Assembly: GCA_030248215.1 (NCBI GenBank)
Contig: JASANG010003005.1
Location: 124,001-188,000 of the forward strand
Length of the DNA stretch: 64,000 bases
Reading direction: 5' to 3'
DNA from: Enoplolaimus lenunculus
Lineage: Eukaryota
The first letter of the stretch is position 1, and every line of letters starts with the position of its first letter. The notes beneath the pieces were generated by a model that saw nothing but the letters and a program-made list of their open reading frames with translations, searched no databases and was not told the DNA's origin. Positions 60,844 through 64,000 of the stretch are shown here, one piece after another. Position numbers and translations under genes: made by a program.

Positions 60844-62271
60844 TTTCGTGCTCCAATGCTACTAAAACGAATCCCACCTGGGGTGCAATAGGCGGAAAAA
60901 AATCATCTCGCAAAACAACGACAAAAACAAACCACGAAACGCAACGCAAATGTTGTATCGTGTCAAAGACGTGCCGACCGCCAGTAACGGGGTGAGACCA
61001 TGCGCGGTATATAACAGTGAAAAAACCAAACTCGAGAGCAAAGCGAACGAAAAGCCAGTCAGTCGAAATTTAATGCTTAATTATTTCATTTCAGTTCTGA
61101 TCCGTGTTCGTGTGATCCCTGTTGGTGGGTCTAGGCGTAGGAGCGGCGCTTCCCCCCCCCCCCTTGCATCCGCCGGCGCTGCTGATCGCTGCCGGGCCGT
61201 TTTACGAAACGATGGACCCCACTGACTTCGTGCAGAAGTAGTTTTACTTTTGGCTTTTCTGTTAAAAAAACAAAAACCTACTTTGTATATAAAAACTAAA
61301 CAAAACAGCTGGTGTGTAATACTGTTTTTTGTTGTTTTGCTCTTATATATACATATACATATATAATATATACTTATATATAATATATAAGTGTATATAA
61401 TATATATACTTATATATAATATATAAGTATATATAATACATATTATATATAAGTTCTGGCAAACCCAATACCATTTTACAAAGACGTAGACATAGTAGTT
61501 CAAACAAAGTAGTGCTTAAAGGAAAAAAGCGGAATTTGCTATTGTCCAATAAAACATGAGCCACGCACGTAGCCAGAGATAGAAGCTAGAAAACGTCAGT
61601 ACCCCTCGCTAAATTTTAGCCTCTTCTGTAACATTTTTACTTCGCTTAAAATACATACAAAATTCCCGCATATCACTTCTAAAAATTTTTTTTTGCTCCG
61701 CCCACGCAAGTTGAACTGGCAAACGAGCCCAGCCCATCAGAATCGTGGTATGTTCTTTTAAAACAAAAAAAGGGTCGCTTTGGCTCAGTAAAACGTTTTG
61801 TGATAACTGATTTATTTATAGTAAATCTTCGGCTGCAGCAACCATCATCAATAGTGACAAACACAAAATCTAAATAATTACTAAACCACGCTAACGCGTA
61901 CGCGATGGTTTGAAGACAGCCAATCATAATCGGAGAAAGAGTTACGGGGCTAACGACCCCCGACCCTTGTAGGAAAAATTTATATCCTTAAAAAGTCAAA
62001 TATTTGCGGAAACTGTAAATAGCATCGGCATCGGCATAATGGCGACGTGACTTCCGTTTGGAATCTACCCGCGCCAGTTTAGCCTACGCCTCACAGAGTG
62101 TCTCCGGATACAATGCCTTCGGTGATCAAAATCTGACCGAATCGCGATTCTTTTGAAACGCCAAGTGATATGTACAGGACAGACATAACAACGACTACTG
62201 GGAGAACTTCAAGCCTAAACCACGCCTGATACCCGTATTTTCCTCGGTATTCCAGACTCCTGAGTTAATAC

Positions 62272-63118
62272 CAGGGATGTGCCGATTAATCGGCATCGGT
62301 TAATAATCGGCACTTTTCGTGAGTATTGGCATCGGCACTGCAAAAAAAATTACCGATTCTTTGTCGATACTTTTTGCGCATAACATTTAGTTGGAAAGCT
62401 ACCAATTTCACTTCTTGGCACATATCAGTGTGTCATCTCTCTTGTGTTTGTGTCGGGGATCGACTGGATATCCGGTTCCGGTCTAATATCCGGCAAAAAG
62501 CGACATCCGTATCCGGTTCCGGCATCCGGTATAAACCTACCGGATATTTGCGGTTGTGATTCCAAATATCGTAAAACTGCTTTTTACATGTCGAAATACT
62601 AGATATTTTGCAGCGACTGCAATTCCGCGTAAGTCAAGGGTGGACACTGACATGGAATGAATAATCCGAGCCAAAAATTAATCTTAAATACACAAACACA
62701 TATTTTTGCACGACTTAAATACTTTCAACAGTGTATAAATTTATACCCTATATCCGGTTAACATCCGGCTCCGGTACTAAAATTACCATCCGGTTCCGGT
62801 ACTAAAATTACCATCCGGTTCCGGTACTAAAATTACCATCCGGTTCCGGTATCCGGTAAAATTAATATCCGTTCGATGCCCGGTTTGTGTTTGAAAAAAT
62901 TCACTGAAATCAACCGTTCTTATAAAATTATAATCGTTTACGATGATTAGGGTTTAAGTCTTCATGTACTGACGTAATGTAGCATCCTATCTACTTATTA
63001 AGCATGATATACTAAAGTTGGAATCGGCATAGGCAAAAGTTGGAATCGGCATCGGTAAAACTTCAAAAAACGAATCGGCGCCGGCATCAGCAAAAATTTT
63101 GGTATGGACACATCCCTA
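62272..63118. mobile_element. Nested hAT-like MITEs: TAGGGAT family host with an ATCCGG-rich insert at 62454-62882
   Basis: Outer CAGGGATGTG...CACATCCCTA with TSD gttaatac/attaatgc; inner perfect TSD gtttgtgt. Confidence 0.82.
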
Positions 63119-64000
63119 ATTAATGCAAAAACGATTTATGTTCAATTTTTGCTCAATGACTTTGGTTGCCGAAAGCACCTCACGACCGATCGAAATTTTC
63201 GTCCCAAAAATATTATAAAACAGTACGTATTTACTTAGAAAACATACCCATCGGTACTATATATATACATATATATAATATATATAATATATATTCACAA
63301 AAAGGCCAGTAAAAATACTTGAAATCAATCAAAAATAGATGCCATACACATGGATTATTGATTCATTACACACTTCGTACACAGAATCAACGCACGAACG
63401 CCATTCCGAGACAGAATTGAATTATGCACAGTCACATGGCACAGAAAAATGTTCATCCAGTTGGATAAACAACACAAAATACGAAAAGCTAAACAAACAC
63501 ACAACAAACCATGAAAACAACTTATATATAGAAGTAAGTTCCAAATTTAGCCAACGAAATTAATATATGTATGTGTCAGGGCAATGGTGCAAAGCGGAAC
63601 CACATTATACCGGAATCAGAGTCGTAACAGCAAATTTATACCGGAATCAGAATCGGAACTACATTGTGACCATACGGATAATTTGTATCAACAAGTATAA
63701 TATTGAATTAGGGCGTCTGTTGGCCGGCAACAATTTTCAAAATCGTCGCATGAACAAATTGGCAATCATTTTTAGCTCTCTAAAACCAAACTACAATCAA
63801 TTATTGACACGTTAACTTATCGAAAACAATTTAATAGATAAATGATGCAGAATTTTTATGCAACATATCGCAGCAAGCAGGCCTAAAATTAAAATGTGGA
63901 AATTCCGATTCCGATTGATTGTGCGATCTGAATCGGAATTCTAATCGGAATCGAAATTCCGATTGCACCCCGCCGTCAATCAATCAGGACTCAAACGTTT

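Noticed and set aside
61081..61564. Ile/Tyr-rich ORFs
   Set aside because: Translation of an AT/TA low-complexity tract.
1..64000. Autonomous transposase or reverse transcriptase for any of the MITE families; telomerase RNA, SL RNA or snRNA genes
   Set aside because: No DDE or RT motifs are present in the ORF track, and no recognisable SL or snRNA sequence was seen. Template-like CCTAAGCCTAA occurs only within multicopy MITEs.

Overview
AT-rich eukaryotic DNA, most likely from a nematode with a large, intron-rich, repeat-rich genome: the telomere-type repeats are the nematode TTAGGC/GCCTAA form, and the splice acceptors fit the strict Caenorhabditis TTTCAG consensus only loosely. The species cannot be determined from the sequence. 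Supported protein genes are: the last exon of a Cys-loop (nicotinic acetylcholine receptor-like) subunit (1637-2786, +); an intronless LAPTM-like four-TM protein (11671-12825, +); a predicted two-exon single-pass membrane protein with LC8-type motifs (13665-15889, +); a complete 21-exon glycogen phosphorylase (21251-37683, +, 847 aa, one probable GC-AG intron); and a MOB2 kinase-activator gene with a ~710-aa C-terminal extension (44342-53708, -, candidate first exon 57425-57468). The rest is dense with non-autonomous DNA transposons (MITEs) of several superfamilies, and no transposase is visible. The most unusual signal is a group of ~18 MITEs with GG...CC ends and 8-bp target-site duplications (TSDs) (Merlin-like). 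They fall into three subfamilies with different terminal inverted repeats (TIRs), and all carry an internal telomeric (GCCTAA)n array. A second unusual family is a TTAA-targeting piggyBac-like MITE carrying a tRNA-type A/B-box promoter. All calls were made by eye; no database search was run.
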